56,458 nucleotides of DNA from an uncultured archaeon (GTDB lineage Archaea > Aenigmatarchaeota > Aenigmatarchaeia > QMZP01), in NCBI GenBank assembly GCA_964607835.1, contig CAZSLL010000007.1, positions 1-56,458 on the forward strand, given 5' to 3'. Position 1 is the stretch's first letter, and the number at the start of each line of letters is the position of its first letter. The position numbers were made by a program, and so were the translations under genes. Positions 30,589 through 39,671 of the stretch are shown here, piece by piece. The notes under the pieces are model-generated. The model was not told where the DNA came from, did no database searches, and worked only from the letters and a program-made list of their open reading frames with translations.

Positions 30589-30599
30589 TATATAATAAA
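30589..30599 (-). promoter_or_regulatory. TATA-like box (TTTATTATATA) ~20 nt upstream of the ATPase-fusion start
   Basis: AT-rich box at a spacing typical for leaderless archaeal transcripts. Confidence 0.5.
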
Positions 30600-30720
30600 C
30601 GTTAACAGTTAATCGATTAATGGGAAGCATGCCGGCATGTTCTGGTCCGGATACCCGTCCATTAAGGCTTCACTGACGCAATAAGCGCAAATATTGATAA
30701 TACCAAGAAAACAGGGCAGT

Positions 30721-30951
30721 TTACTTTGAGGCCTTGGCGGCAGAGGGTTTCACGGCTTCCCTGAGGTTGGATATCTCCTTCCTGAGCTCCCTGAGCTCGT
30801 TGCTGAGTTGGAGCTCCTCTGCATCAAACTTCCTGGTTATCACTCTCAGCTGCCTGAACTCGAACTCCAGTATTATGAGGTAGACCACCACTACGGTGGA
30901 GAAAATGACCAGGAGCTCCAGTATGGGCACATCGATTCCGAATATGTACAT
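30721..30951 (-). CDS. Small bitopic membrane protein (76 aa): N-terminal TM helix plus coiled coil
   Basis: LLVIFSTVVVVYLIIL helix followed by ELQLSNELRELRKEISNLREA. Starts 14 nt after the upstream stop. Confidence 0.82.
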   Translation of the reverse strand: MYIFGIDVPILELLVIFSTVVVVYLIILEFEFRQLRVITRKFDAEELQLSNELRELRKEISNLREAVKPSAAKASK

Positions 30952-30965
30952 GCTCAGTCACGCTC

Positions 30966-33900
30966 CTAAATACCCTTCCTGAAGCCCGTGTACCCCTTGC
31001 TCCTTACCTCCCTCAGCCTCCTGAAGGAGAAGAAGGCGAGCACAGAGAGCACTATAAGTATCATGAGCGCCTCAAGGGCCCCGGGGATTCCTCCCTCCAC
31101 GCCCAGCACGTAGAAGTTCCCTGTGGAGGAGGCAAGCACTGCGAAGTCCTCCCTGAACCTTGCCTTTGCGATGTAGTTTCCTGCAGGGGCGGTTGCCGGG
31201 ATGACGAACTTCTGGTACATCTGGGACTTCTCCAGGGGCTCCATGTTCTCCAGCCTTGTTATGTCAGTGAATATAACATCCATTCCCGGGGTGTATATCT
31301 CCAACTCCATATAGGGGAAGTCAATCTTCTCCCCTCCGTTGATGACCAGTATCTCCAGGCTCACCGGAGCGTTGAGGTTGTATCTGTCCCTGTCAGGGGT
31401 GACTATGATTGTGGGGTAGCTCTCTACGTATGTTATGGACACTGTCTTGAGCTCCTGGGCGTCTATGCTGTCCACTGTTATGCTTGTGGTGTCCTTTCCG
31501 CCTGTGAACGCCATCTCGTTCCCGAACCCGTCCCTGGCCTGCTCTATCTTGCTGTATGATATGGGAAGGTTGAGTATGACGTTTCTGTAGTCCTCCTGGG
31601 CAAAGCTCTTTAGGTATACATCCATCTTGAGCCTTACCTTCTTCTCAGGGAGCTGCTCCAATACCTCCACGTCCCTGTCTATTTCCAGCACCTGCGGGGT
31701 GAGGACAGTGACCTCATAGTTTCTGGTCTCCAGCGGCTTCATGACCGTGTTCCATGTCATGAGCTTGTTGCCGTTGGAATCCTTCCTGAAGAGCACGGGC
31801 TCCTCCACCCTCCTGCCTGTGTCGCTTATGTAGCTGACATAGCCGTCAGATGCGTCCTCGAACACCTGGGTCCGGAACTCTGCGTCAATGGTCTTGGCGT
31901 TGGGGTTGTACACGTCGAATCCCTTGTTCCATATCACTGGCTTGCCCACTATGACTGTCTTGGACTGCCTGAGCTCCTCCTCATCTATCTGGAAAGGCAG
32001 GGTGGGCTTTGGAAGCACCACCTTGATAACGCCGTAGAATGACGTGTCCAGAGAGGCCCCGGTGTCAGGGTCGAAGGCCGCTATGGTCACAGGGAGCACG
32101 TACAGCCCTGGCTGGTTGTAGTTTATCTTGTAGCTCACCCTTATGTAGTCGTCATTGCCCAGGGTCCATGTGGTGTTGCCCTCTGATGATGAGTAGTTCA
32201 CGAACTCGAACATGCGCACATTGAGCCCGTCAGGGGTCTTTGCGGTTCCGTTGTCTGTTATCTCGTATTCATTGTTGGTGTGAAGGGTCCACTTGGTCTC
32301 TGCCCCTCCATCGTCAACATAATAAACGCTTACGTTGCCCACATAGTCAGAGTAGCTTATGGTGTTGGCGGGTACGTAGTCCATGAACTTGATGCCTGTT
32401 ATCCCGGTACCTGAGGTGTCCTCCACAGACAGCTTTATGGTGGAATTTATTTCAGTGGGCGAGCTGGGGTCGTAGGCCACCAGGTCCTTGTAACCGGTAA
32501 GCCTCTTTCCTGCCACCTGCACTGTCCTGTTGTTGAAGTATTCCCTGTCCTCTGTGTCAGTGCTGGAGTTGAGCTGTCCCGTGCCCCAGAATATGTAGGT
32601 GTCTCCGGTCTCCATCTGGCTGTTGGACTCCACCTTGAAGTTCATCTTTAAGTCCTGCCCTGTGTCAAGAATCCCCCCTACTGTCCCTCCTGCCGCGAGG
32701 TCGCATGATGCCAGGTCGTTCACTGTGAGTTGGACCAGGCCGTCGTCTCCCAGTGAGTCAGATGGCTGGGTTATGGTGACCACGCAGTTGGTGGAATCAT
32801 TGGCTATCTGGTAGGTGTTGTTCAGGTATATCTTGACGTCATCATGTATGTACCAGCCAAAAGACTCCCCGTTCTCGCTCCTGAAGTCGCCCAGGGTTGT
32901 GTTGGTGGGCACGTATGCCTTGATTTCCGCGAAACCAGGGTCAGTCTCGTCAGCCCCGGTGTTGTACAGTGTATAGTTGAGCGTGATGTTCTCGCCTCCC
33001 ACCTCAGGGGAAACGGTTCCTGAAGGGGCTCCCTGGAGGGCCACCAGGTCGAGAAGGTACAGGATGGGCATGTCCAGGCTCGTGTTTATGTATGTGAGGT
33101 TGTTCTCGCTGTTGGTGGCGTTCCATATTACCTCCCAGTCAAAGAACACCGATATGTATGGCTTGGTTGTTGAGGATGTGTTGTAGAGTGTGGTGTTGGA
33201 TGACTTGGAGTCGTTGGTGGTGTAAACCCTTCCGTCCGACACGCTCAGCTCGTTTGAGTCACCGCTTGCGTTGAACCCCCCGTACTGTAGCATGCTCTGG
33301 GGAGCCCCTGTCGCGGGGTCGACCTGGTATATCCTCCACTCAGTAATATTATATGTAAGGTTCTGGCCGCTGTCAGAGTTGCCCATGTGCTTTATGAAGC
33401 CCCTGACATACCAGTAACCGCCGTTCGCGGAGAGGTCCACTCCCTGCCTTATGGGGCCCCTGGCGAACTTGTCTTTCGCTGTGATGTCAGAATAAAGCGC
33501 CTGTGTTGTGTAATAGGTTGATGTTGTCCCCAGGTCAGCGGTGAACTCTGCCTCACCGTTGCCGTCCAGGTTCAGGCTGTCCCCTGTGAAATGGGTTGCG
33601 TGGGTAATGTTGATATCAATGGTCACATTGACTGACGCCCCTCCGGCCAGGGTGCCTGTCCACTGCATGTGGTCGTAGTCACCGTCAGCATCAGTGTCCT
33701 GTCTTACGGCTGTCCCGGCCTCTTCGCTGGGGTCTGATGTTATGTTGACCTCCCTTCCGGCTGCACCTGTTCCCCTGTCAAAATACATGTCCACTGTTAT
33801 GGAGTTGTCGTTTATGGTGTTTGTGCCGTGCTCGTTGGCTATGGTGAGCACAAGCCTGTACTCGTTGTGTGACTGGTCAATGTTCTCGTTATCATAAAGG

Positions 33901-34346
33901 TCCTGTCCTCCCCTCAGGTTGAAGTAATCCAGGGTCAGGTTGATGCTCGGGAACTCGTCTGTTATGTCATAGGTGGTGTCAGCATCATTGTCAGAGGTGT
34001 TGACGTATATCTGCTCCCAGTCATCAGCGTTTGGGAAGGATGCGAGGGCGTTCGCGTACTGGGTCTCGTTGTGGATGTTGGAGTATGTGTCGTATCCTGA
34101 GTTCAGCTCAATCTGTATGTACTGGAGAACGTCATCGTTGTTGGGCACAGAGACGTACATGGAGCCTGTCCTGGAGAGCCCGGTCTTCTCGCTCCCGTTT
34201 GGCCAGTAAGTGCACTCCAGCTCCTCCTGTACGAGGAACTTGGGTCCGTATATCTGGGCGCTTACTGCAGGGAATGCCAGCGATGCCACGAATAGAATCA
34301 AAGCTAATGCAGTTGCACTCTTCACCGCGCCGCCCATAAAACGCAT
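30966..34346 (-). CDS. Membrane-anchored surface glycoprotein (1,126 aa), paralog A
   Basis: Signal peptide (ALILFVASLAFPAVSA), Ig-like beta-rich domains, sequons, C-terminal TM with basic tail. Confidence 0.9.
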   Translation of the reverse strand: MRFMGGAVKSATALALILFVASLAFPAVSAQIYGPKFLVQEELECTYWPNGSEKTGLSRTGSMYVSVPNNDDVLQYIQIELNSGYDTYSNIHNETQYANALASFPNADDWEQIYVNTSDNDADTTYDITDEFPSINLTLDYFNLRGGQDLYDNENIDQSHNEYRLVLTIANEHGTNTINDNSITVDMYFDRGTGAAGREVNITSDPSEEAGTAVRQDTDADGDYDHMQWTGTLAGGASVNVTIDINITHATHFTGDSLNLDGNGEAEFTADLGTTSTYYTTQALYSDITAKDKFARGPIRQGVDLSANGGYWYVRGFIKHMGNSDSGQNLTYNITEWRIYQVDPATGAPQSMLQYGGFNASGDSNELSVSDGRVYTTNDSKSSNTTLYNTSSTTKPYISVFFDWEVIWNATNSENNLTYINTSLDMPILYLLDLVALQGAPSGTVSPEVGGENITLNYTLYNTGADETDPGFAEIKAYVPTNTTLGDFRSENGESFGWYIHDDVKIYLNNTYQIANDSTNCVVTITQPSDSLGDDGLVQLTVNDLASCDLAAGGTVGGILDTGQDLKMNFKVESNSQMETGDTYIFWGTGQLNSSTDTEDREYFNNRTVQVAGKRLTGYKDLVAYDPSSPTEINSTIKLSVEDTSGTGITGIKFMDYVPANTISYSDYVGNVSVYYVDDGGAETKWTLHTNNEYEITDNGTAKTPDGLNVRMFEFVNYSSSEGNTTWTLGNDDYIRVSYKINYNQPGLYVLPVTIAAFDPDTGASLDTSFYGVIKVVLPKPTLPFQIDEEELRQSKTVIVGKPVIWNKGFDVYNPNAKTIDAEFRTQVFEDASDGYVSYISDTGRRVEEPVLFRKDSNGNKLMTWNTVMKPLETRNYEVTVLTPQVLEIDRDVEVLEQLPEKKVRLKMDVYLKSFAQEDYRNVILNLPISYSKIEQARDGFGNEMAFTGGKDTTSITVDSIDAQELKTVSITYVESYPTIIVTPDRDRYNLNAPVSLEILVINGGEKIDFPYMELEIYTPGMDVIFTDITRLENMEPLEKSQMYQKFVIPATAPAGNYIAKARFREDFAVLASSTGNFYVLGVEGGIPGALEALMILIVLSVLAFFSFRRLREVRSKGYTGFRKGI

Positions 34347-34364
34347 ATAATAGATTTGTCGGTG

Positions 34365-34376
34365 TAAATATAAAAA
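34365..34376 (-). promoter_or_regulatory. TATA-like box (TTTTTATATTTA) ~19 nt upstream of the 1,126-aa gene
   Basis: AT-rich box in a 42-nt intergenic gap. Confidence 0.5.
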
Positions 34377-34388
34377 GGTTTATACCGC

Positions 34389-37300
34389 CTACTTCAGTTC
34401 CCTGAGTCTCTTCTTGATTTCATCGAACTCCCCTGACCTCTTCCTCTTCCATGCCCTTATGAGCAGGAATGCGATTATGGCCACAGCCACTCCCATGAAA
34501 CCAAGCCAGCTCACCGTGACCAGCATCCTTTCGGGGCAGTTTATGGTGAAGTCTGTCTGGGCCGCCATTATGGTCCCGAAGCTCTTCTTGTAGACCGCCT
34601 GGACGTAGTACCTGCCGTCAGGGAATGCGCTCACGTCCACGGTGACAGGTATCTCCACCTCCTCCCAGGGCCAGAGCTCCCTCAGTTCTATGAGCTGGGC
34701 GTTTATGGTCCTGAGTTCTGGTTCAGGCCCCACGACCTCGAACTCGATGTATGACTGGGATTCCCTCTGGGCAGGCACCAGGAGTATCTTCATCTCAGCC
34801 TTTTCAGCGCAGGTGAGCGAGGAGGATTCCATGGCAGCCATGAGTATGGGGGGCACCTGGCTGTACACCACTGTTATGGTCCTCTCCCATCCCGAGTCCA
34901 TGTCCCCCAGGTATACCTCTGTGGTGAAGGGGTCGAATGTACTGTGGTTCAGGGGTTTTCCCTCTTCCCTCACGCTAACCACCCTGTCAGGCTCTGTGCT
35001 GAACAGGAGGGAGACATCATCATAATCGATTCCCGCGAAGTTCCTCAGGGTTATGTTGACCTCGAATGTTATCTCGGTCTCGCTGGACTCCATGACCTCC
35101 ACACTCCTGCTGGTCTCCAGTATGGGAGGAGTCACGGCCTCCAGGGCGTATGACCTGGTCTGCCCGGGCCCGAGCCTGAAGAGCATGTCCACGTAGGTGG
35201 AGCCGCTCTCCTTGAGCGCGAGCTCCTCCCTGGCTCCCTCCTGGGTAACCGAGTATGCGCTCATGGTGTCATCGAACACGTCGAAAGAGCGCACGTGCTC
35301 CATGGATGCGTTGTTCGGGTTGGTGACCTCCAGGGTCTTTACCCATTTCACGGGCCTTCCGGTGTATATCTTGTCATGTGTCCAGGGGCCCTCTGTGACG
35401 TAGGGGTCCTGGAGCTTGCCCTCCCTCCTCACGGGCACGTATATGTCCTCGAACATGTAGCTGTCCTCATAGTAGTTGTATGCGTTGAGCCTGGTTACCA
35501 GGAAGCTCGTGCCCACCGGGACAGTTGACTCGTACTCCACCTCGAGTTCATCCCTGTCATGGAGCACCAGGCTCTCCTCAAGGGTTCCCCTCTCCGAGGC
35601 CTTGATTATCTCATACTCCCTGTAGCTCCCTCCCCCGAACACTGTCATGCCATTGTCCTCCAGGTTGTAGTCCGTGCCCTTGATCCACTCTGTCCACTGG
35701 CCTGTTGATGAGTCCAGTATCCTTATGGACAGCGAAGAGGAGTCCATCCGTCCGTACTCTGGTATGTAGAGCAGGAGCCTGGTGTCCTTCACACCCTTGC
35801 TGCCTGTGTCATACACCCTGTAGAGCCCCCTGACCCTTACCTGGTTGTCTGCAATGAAGAACGCCTCGCCCTCTGCCCTCATTATGTCGGCGAAGAGCGC
35901 CGGGGCAACAGAGCCTCCTCCCCCGCCACCGCCGCCCTCGTCAGGGGGCACGTATCCTCCAACACCGGGTATTGTTATGGTCTCGCATGAGGTGCTTGAT
36001 GCTGGAGTCCCTGATTCTGTCACCATGGTGGATGTCTGGCAGAACTCGTAGTCCTGGTTAAGGCCGTGCGAGTCGCCGCTCACATCGAATGCCAGCCTTA
36101 TGTCCTCGTTCTGGCCCATGGGTCCGCCCAGGACTGATGAAACATCGGATATGTTGACGAACACCACGCCGTCTGTGCTCCCGGCCGCCTCTGTATATAT
36201 AGAGGCCTGGGCGGTTATGTCGGTCTGGTCAGTCCCGTTCACATGGTACACCCTAACGTTCGAGGGAGACCAGTCATTCTCCACCCCGCTCTCAGAAAGC
36301 CATGGAAGGCTCGCCGCTATCTCCACGCTCCCTGCCCCCAGGGACGCGTGTCCTATGTGCCTTGCAGTATCGCTTACGGATATGACAGTGTTGTTCTCTT
36401 CGTTGTTCTCAAGTATAAGCCCCCCTGATGACCACACCTCCATCTCGTAGAGGGTGGGCATCTCAAGCTCTGCCGTGCTGGAGCTGGAGTATACAGACAC
36501 GCCCCAGTCCACCTCCCAGTCCCAGGCCACAGAGTAGTACCCCGGGTCGCTGGAGCTCCCTGATGTCCCGGTGTCGTGCCAGTCAGTGTAAACGGTCTCC
36601 CCGGGGCCAGGGTCAGGAACGCTCCCAGAGTAGGCCACCGGGGAGGCCTCTCCAACCCTGTAGAGCTCCCATCCGTGGGTCACGTAGTCCAGGCCCCCTG
36701 CCATGTTGGTTATGAAACCCCTCACCGCCCACGTGCTCATGGTCATCAGGGTTATGCCCTCCCTGACCGGGCCCCTGGAGAACCTGTCAGAGAATGTTAT
36801 GTCAGTGTATGTCCCTGAGTTGTCCTGGTGGCGGGCCTCTGCCGAGCCCCCCTGGTCAAGGTCTATTGACAGGAGGCTCTCGTCAAAGGTGACCCCTGGC
36901 TCTGTGTCTCCTGCGAACCATATCTCCACACCCCCCGGTCCCACTGAACCTGTCCACCTTATGGTGTCGAACTCGCCGTCAGAGTCACCGTCCTGCTCCA
37001 TTGCGCTCCCGCTGCTGGCCCCCGCGTCCCTGAGGCTGAATGAGTCCCTTGAGCCCTGGGTGTTCCTTGGGAACCTTATGTACACAGTCACGCTGGAGAG
37101 GCTCATGGTGGAGTTCAGGGTTGCGTTGAACCTGAATGCGTTCTGCCCCCCTGCTGAGATGTCCGCCCCTCCCAGCTCGTTGGAGTGTTCCAGGTCAAGA
37201 TAGAGCACAGGGGTTATGGAGGGATTGGTTATCTCATAGCTTATGTTGCTCATGCTCGATGTGGTGTTGATGTAGAGCCTTGTCCTGCTTTCTATGGTGG

Positions 37301-37592
37301 GGGAGGCCGCTGCCCCCTTGTAGGCCACAGCTGACTGGAGGTTGGTGTCAGACATCTGGGGCACGTCCAGGTCCAGAAGTAAGTACTGCAGCACGTCCTG
37401 GGTGTTGGGAACCTCCACCTCCACGTACCCCCTTCGGGTCAGGGGCTCTGTGACAGCCCCGTCAGCGGAGTACCCCACTGATACCTCCTCTGTTATGAAT
37501 GATGCCGGGACCTCGGCCTCAGCGACAGCCGGATATAAAAGCAGGAGACACAAACTAATCACTAGGGCGGACGTCCGGTTTGGCCAAACCAT
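34389..37592 (-). CDS. Membrane-anchored surface glycoprotein (1,067 aa), paralog B
   Basis: Signal peptide and C-terminal TM. Colinear motifs with the 1,126-aa protein: VPN..DVLQY, F.RGP.R.G, DWEV.W, G.PV.W.K...V.NPN. Confidence 0.9.
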   Translation of the reverse strand: MVWPNRTSALVISLCLLLLYPAVAEAEVPASFITEEVSVGYSADGAVTEPLTRRGYVEVEVPNTQDVLQYLLLDLDVPQMSDTNLQSAVAYKGAAASPTIESRTRLYINTTSSMSNISYEITNPSITPVLYLDLEHSNELGGADISAGGQNAFRFNATLNSTMSLSSVTVYIRFPRNTQGSRDSFSLRDAGASSGSAMEQDGDSDGEFDTIRWTGSVGPGGVEIWFAGDTEPGVTFDESLLSIDLDQGGSAEARHQDNSGTYTDITFSDRFSRGPVREGITLMTMSTWAVRGFITNMAGGLDYVTHGWELYRVGEASPVAYSGSVPDPGPGETVYTDWHDTGTSGSSSDPGYYSVAWDWEVDWGVSVYSSSSTAELEMPTLYEMEVWSSGGLILENNEENNTVISVSDTARHIGHASLGAGSVEIAASLPWLSESGVENDWSPSNVRVYHVNGTDQTDITAQASIYTEAAGSTDGVVFVNISDVSSVLGGPMGQNEDIRLAFDVSGDSHGLNQDYEFCQTSTMVTESGTPASSTSCETITIPGVGGYVPPDEGGGGGGGGSVAPALFADIMRAEGEAFFIADNQVRVRGLYRVYDTGSKGVKDTRLLLYIPEYGRMDSSSLSIRILDSSTGQWTEWIKGTDYNLEDNGMTVFGGGSYREYEIIKASERGTLEESLVLHDRDELEVEYESTVPVGTSFLVTRLNAYNYYEDSYMFEDIYVPVRREGKLQDPYVTEGPWTHDKIYTGRPVKWVKTLEVTNPNNASMEHVRSFDVFDDTMSAYSVTQEGAREELALKESGSTYVDMLFRLGPGQTRSYALEAVTPPILETSRSVEVMESSETEITFEVNITLRNFAGIDYDDVSLLFSTEPDRVVSVREEGKPLNHSTFDPFTTEVYLGDMDSGWERTITVVYSQVPPILMAAMESSSLTCAEKAEMKILLVPAQRESQSYIEFEVVGPEPELRTINAQLIELRELWPWEEVEIPVTVDVSAFPDGRYYVQAVYKKSFGTIMAAQTDFTINCPERMLVTVSWLGFMGVAVAIIAFLLIRAWKRKRSGEFDEIKKRLRELK

Positions 37593-37636
37593 GTATATCT
37601 ATTGTCAGGGAACGATTAAATAAGTCGTGCAGTCAC

Positions 37637-38980
37637 ATGAAACCGAAGAGGATAATCATAATGGGAGCAGCCGGGAGGGACTTCCATAACTTCAACACCG
37701 TTTACAGGGAAGACCGCTCCCACAGGGTGGTGGCCTTCACCGCCACCCAGATTCCAAACATAGCTGGCAGGCGGTATCCCCCGTCCCTGTCAGGCCCCCT
37801 CTACCCACGGGGCATACCAGTATACCCTGAGGAGAAGCTTCCTGAGCTAATCAGGAAGAGGAATATTGACGCCGTCATATTCTCCTACAGCGATTTGAGC
37901 CACATCGATGTGATGCACAGGGCCAGCCTCGTGAATGCTTGCGGTGCAGACTTCATTCTCCTTGCCCCGGGAAGCACAATGCTGGAGTCAAGGAGGCCGG
38001 TCATAGCCGTGACCGCGGTGAGGACAGGCTGCGGAAAGTCCCAGACCACCAGGAAACTCGCTGCCATGATAAGGGACGCCGGGAAGCAGGCGGTGATAGT
38101 TCGCCACCCCATGCCATACGGAAGGCTTGACAGGCAGGTTTGCCAGCGCTTCGCAGCCTTCAGCGACCTGGACACCCAGAAATGCACCATCGAGGAGAGG
38201 GAGGAGTATGAGCCCCTCATCGAGGAGGGCGCCATAGTGTACGCTGGCGTGGACTACGGGAGGATACTCAGGGAGGCTGAGAGGGACGCTGACATTGTGA
38301 TATGGGACGGAGGCAACAACGACACTCCCTTCTTCAGCCCTGACCTCCACATGGTCATACTCGACCCCCACAGGCCAGGCCATGAAAAGGCATACCACCC
38401 GGGCGAGACCAACCTGAGGATGGCTGACGTGGCCATAATAAACAAGGAGAAGACCACCACGACCAGAAACATAGAGAGGGTCAAGTCCAGCATACAGGAA
38501 CTGAACCCCGGGGCGGCTGTGGTGGACGCCTGGTCAATAATCACAGTTAACGACCCCGCTGTCATCAGGAAGAAGAAAGTGCTGGTGGTGGAGGACGGTC
38601 CCACCCTCACCCATGGCGGCATGAAATACGGAGCAGGAATGATAGCTGCCAGGAAGTTCTCTGCCAGGCCAGTGGACCCCAGGCCCTTTGCCAGGGGCTC
38701 CATAAAGGCTGTTCTGGATAAGTACACCCACCTGTCCAATGTCCTCCCTGCAATGGGCTACAGCCCCGGGCAGGTGAAGGAGCTCGAGGCCACCATAAAC
38801 AGGGCAGAGTGCGACGCCGTGGTATCAGGGACCCCGGTGGACCTCAGGAGGATAATCAGTACCAGGAAGCCCATAGTCAGGATAAGGTACAACCTCGAGG
38901 AGCAGAGCGAGCCGGGTCTGGACGAAATCATCAAGCCCCTGCTCAGGATGAGGAAGGGAAAGCGCTCAACCAAGAGCTAG
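37637..38980 (+). CDS. Predicted GTPase, cyclic 2,3-diphosphoglycerate synthetase-like (COG2403 type)
   Basis: IIMGAAGRDFHNFN start, P-loop AVRTGCGKS, WDGGNND, VEDGPTLTHGGM. The ATG at 37637 is preferred over 37580, which overlaps the divergent gene. Confidence 0.85.
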   Translation: MKPKRIIIMGAAGRDFHNFNTVYREDRSHRVVAFTATQIPNIAGRRYPPSLSGPLYPRGIPVYPEEKLPELIRKRNIDAVIFSYSDLSHIDVMHRASLVNACGADFILLAPGSTMLESRRPVIAVTAVRTGCGKSQTTRKLAAMIRDAGKQAVIVRHPMPYGRLDRQVCQRFAAFSDLDTQKCTIEEREEYEPLIEEGAIVYAGVDYGRILREAERDADIVIWDGGNNDTPFFSPDLHMVILDPHRPGHEKAYHPGETNLRMADVAIINKEKTTTTRNIERVKSSIQELNPGAAVVDAWSIITVNDPAVIRKKKVLVVEDGPTLTHGGMKYGAGMIAARKFSARPVDPRPFARGSIKAVLDKYTHLSNVLPAMGYSPGQVKELEATINRAECDAVVSGTPVDLRRIISTRKPIVRIRYNLEEQSEPGLDEIIKPLLRMRKGKRSTKS

Positions 38981-39621
38981 AAAAGGGCCTCGACTGACTG
39001 GACCTCCTCCAGTGGGGACACTATGACCATCACGTCACCCTGCTGGATGGACTGTTTGGGCGTGGCCTTTATGTACTCCCCGTTCCTGAATATGGCCGCT
39101 ATGGTGAACCTCTCCTTTGCGTAGTCCCCTGCCTTCTTCCCGCATATCTTTGACTTGGCCTCCACAGAGCGCTCGAAAACCTCTGCCTTCTCCCCTGCCA
39201 CCAGGGTCACCAGCTTCTTTCCCGGCTCCTCCAGCATCCTCTTGAATGCCAGAATGCTGGTCACGGTGGTGTTTATGCTCGCGGTGATGCCCAGCTTGGA
39301 GAATATGGGGTCGTTTGAGGAGTCAGCCACCCTGGAAAGTATCTTCTCGACCTTGAAGTCCTTGGCTATCTCGCAGATGAGGAGGTTGGTCTTGTCATCG
39401 CTGGTCATGGCGATGAGGGCGTCTGACTTCTTTATGCTGCTGTCCTTGAGAATCTTCCTGTCCGTTCCGTCGCCGTGGAGGACGAGGGCGTCCAGGCTCT
39501 CGCCCAGGTACTCTGCCCTCTTGTCGCTCTTCTCCACGATTACCACGTTGTGCTTCTCCTTGACAAGGAGCTCTGCCATCTCGTAGCCCAGTCTCCCGCC
39601 ACCGACGATAATTACCTTCAC
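38977..39621 (-). CDS. trkA: TrkA-family potassium uptake regulatory subunit (RCK-N plus RCK-C)
   Basis: IIVGGGRLG Rossmann motif, LHGDGTD, ALIAMTSDDKTNL, C-terminal IQQGD. Confidence 0.9.
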   Translation of the reverse strand: MKVIIVGGGRLGYEMAELLVKEKHNVVIVEKSDKRAEYLGESLDALVLHGDGTDRKILKDSSIKKSDALIAMTSDDKTNLLICEIAKDFKVEKILSRVADSSNDPIFSKLGITASINTTVTSILAFKRMLEEPGKKLVTLVAGEKAEVFERSVEAKSKICGKKAGDYAKERFTIAAIFRNGEYIKATPKQSIQQGDVMVIVSPLEEVQSVEALF

Positions 39622-39671
39622 AAAAGCACCCTGATTTATTTAGTGGATGCTCCAAATATATATTGGTTCCA

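Noticed and set aside
37580-37636. Longer N-terminus for the GTPase
   Set aside because: It would overlap the divergent gene start and cover the shared AT-rich promoter gap. Family-like sequence starts at MKPKRIIIMG.
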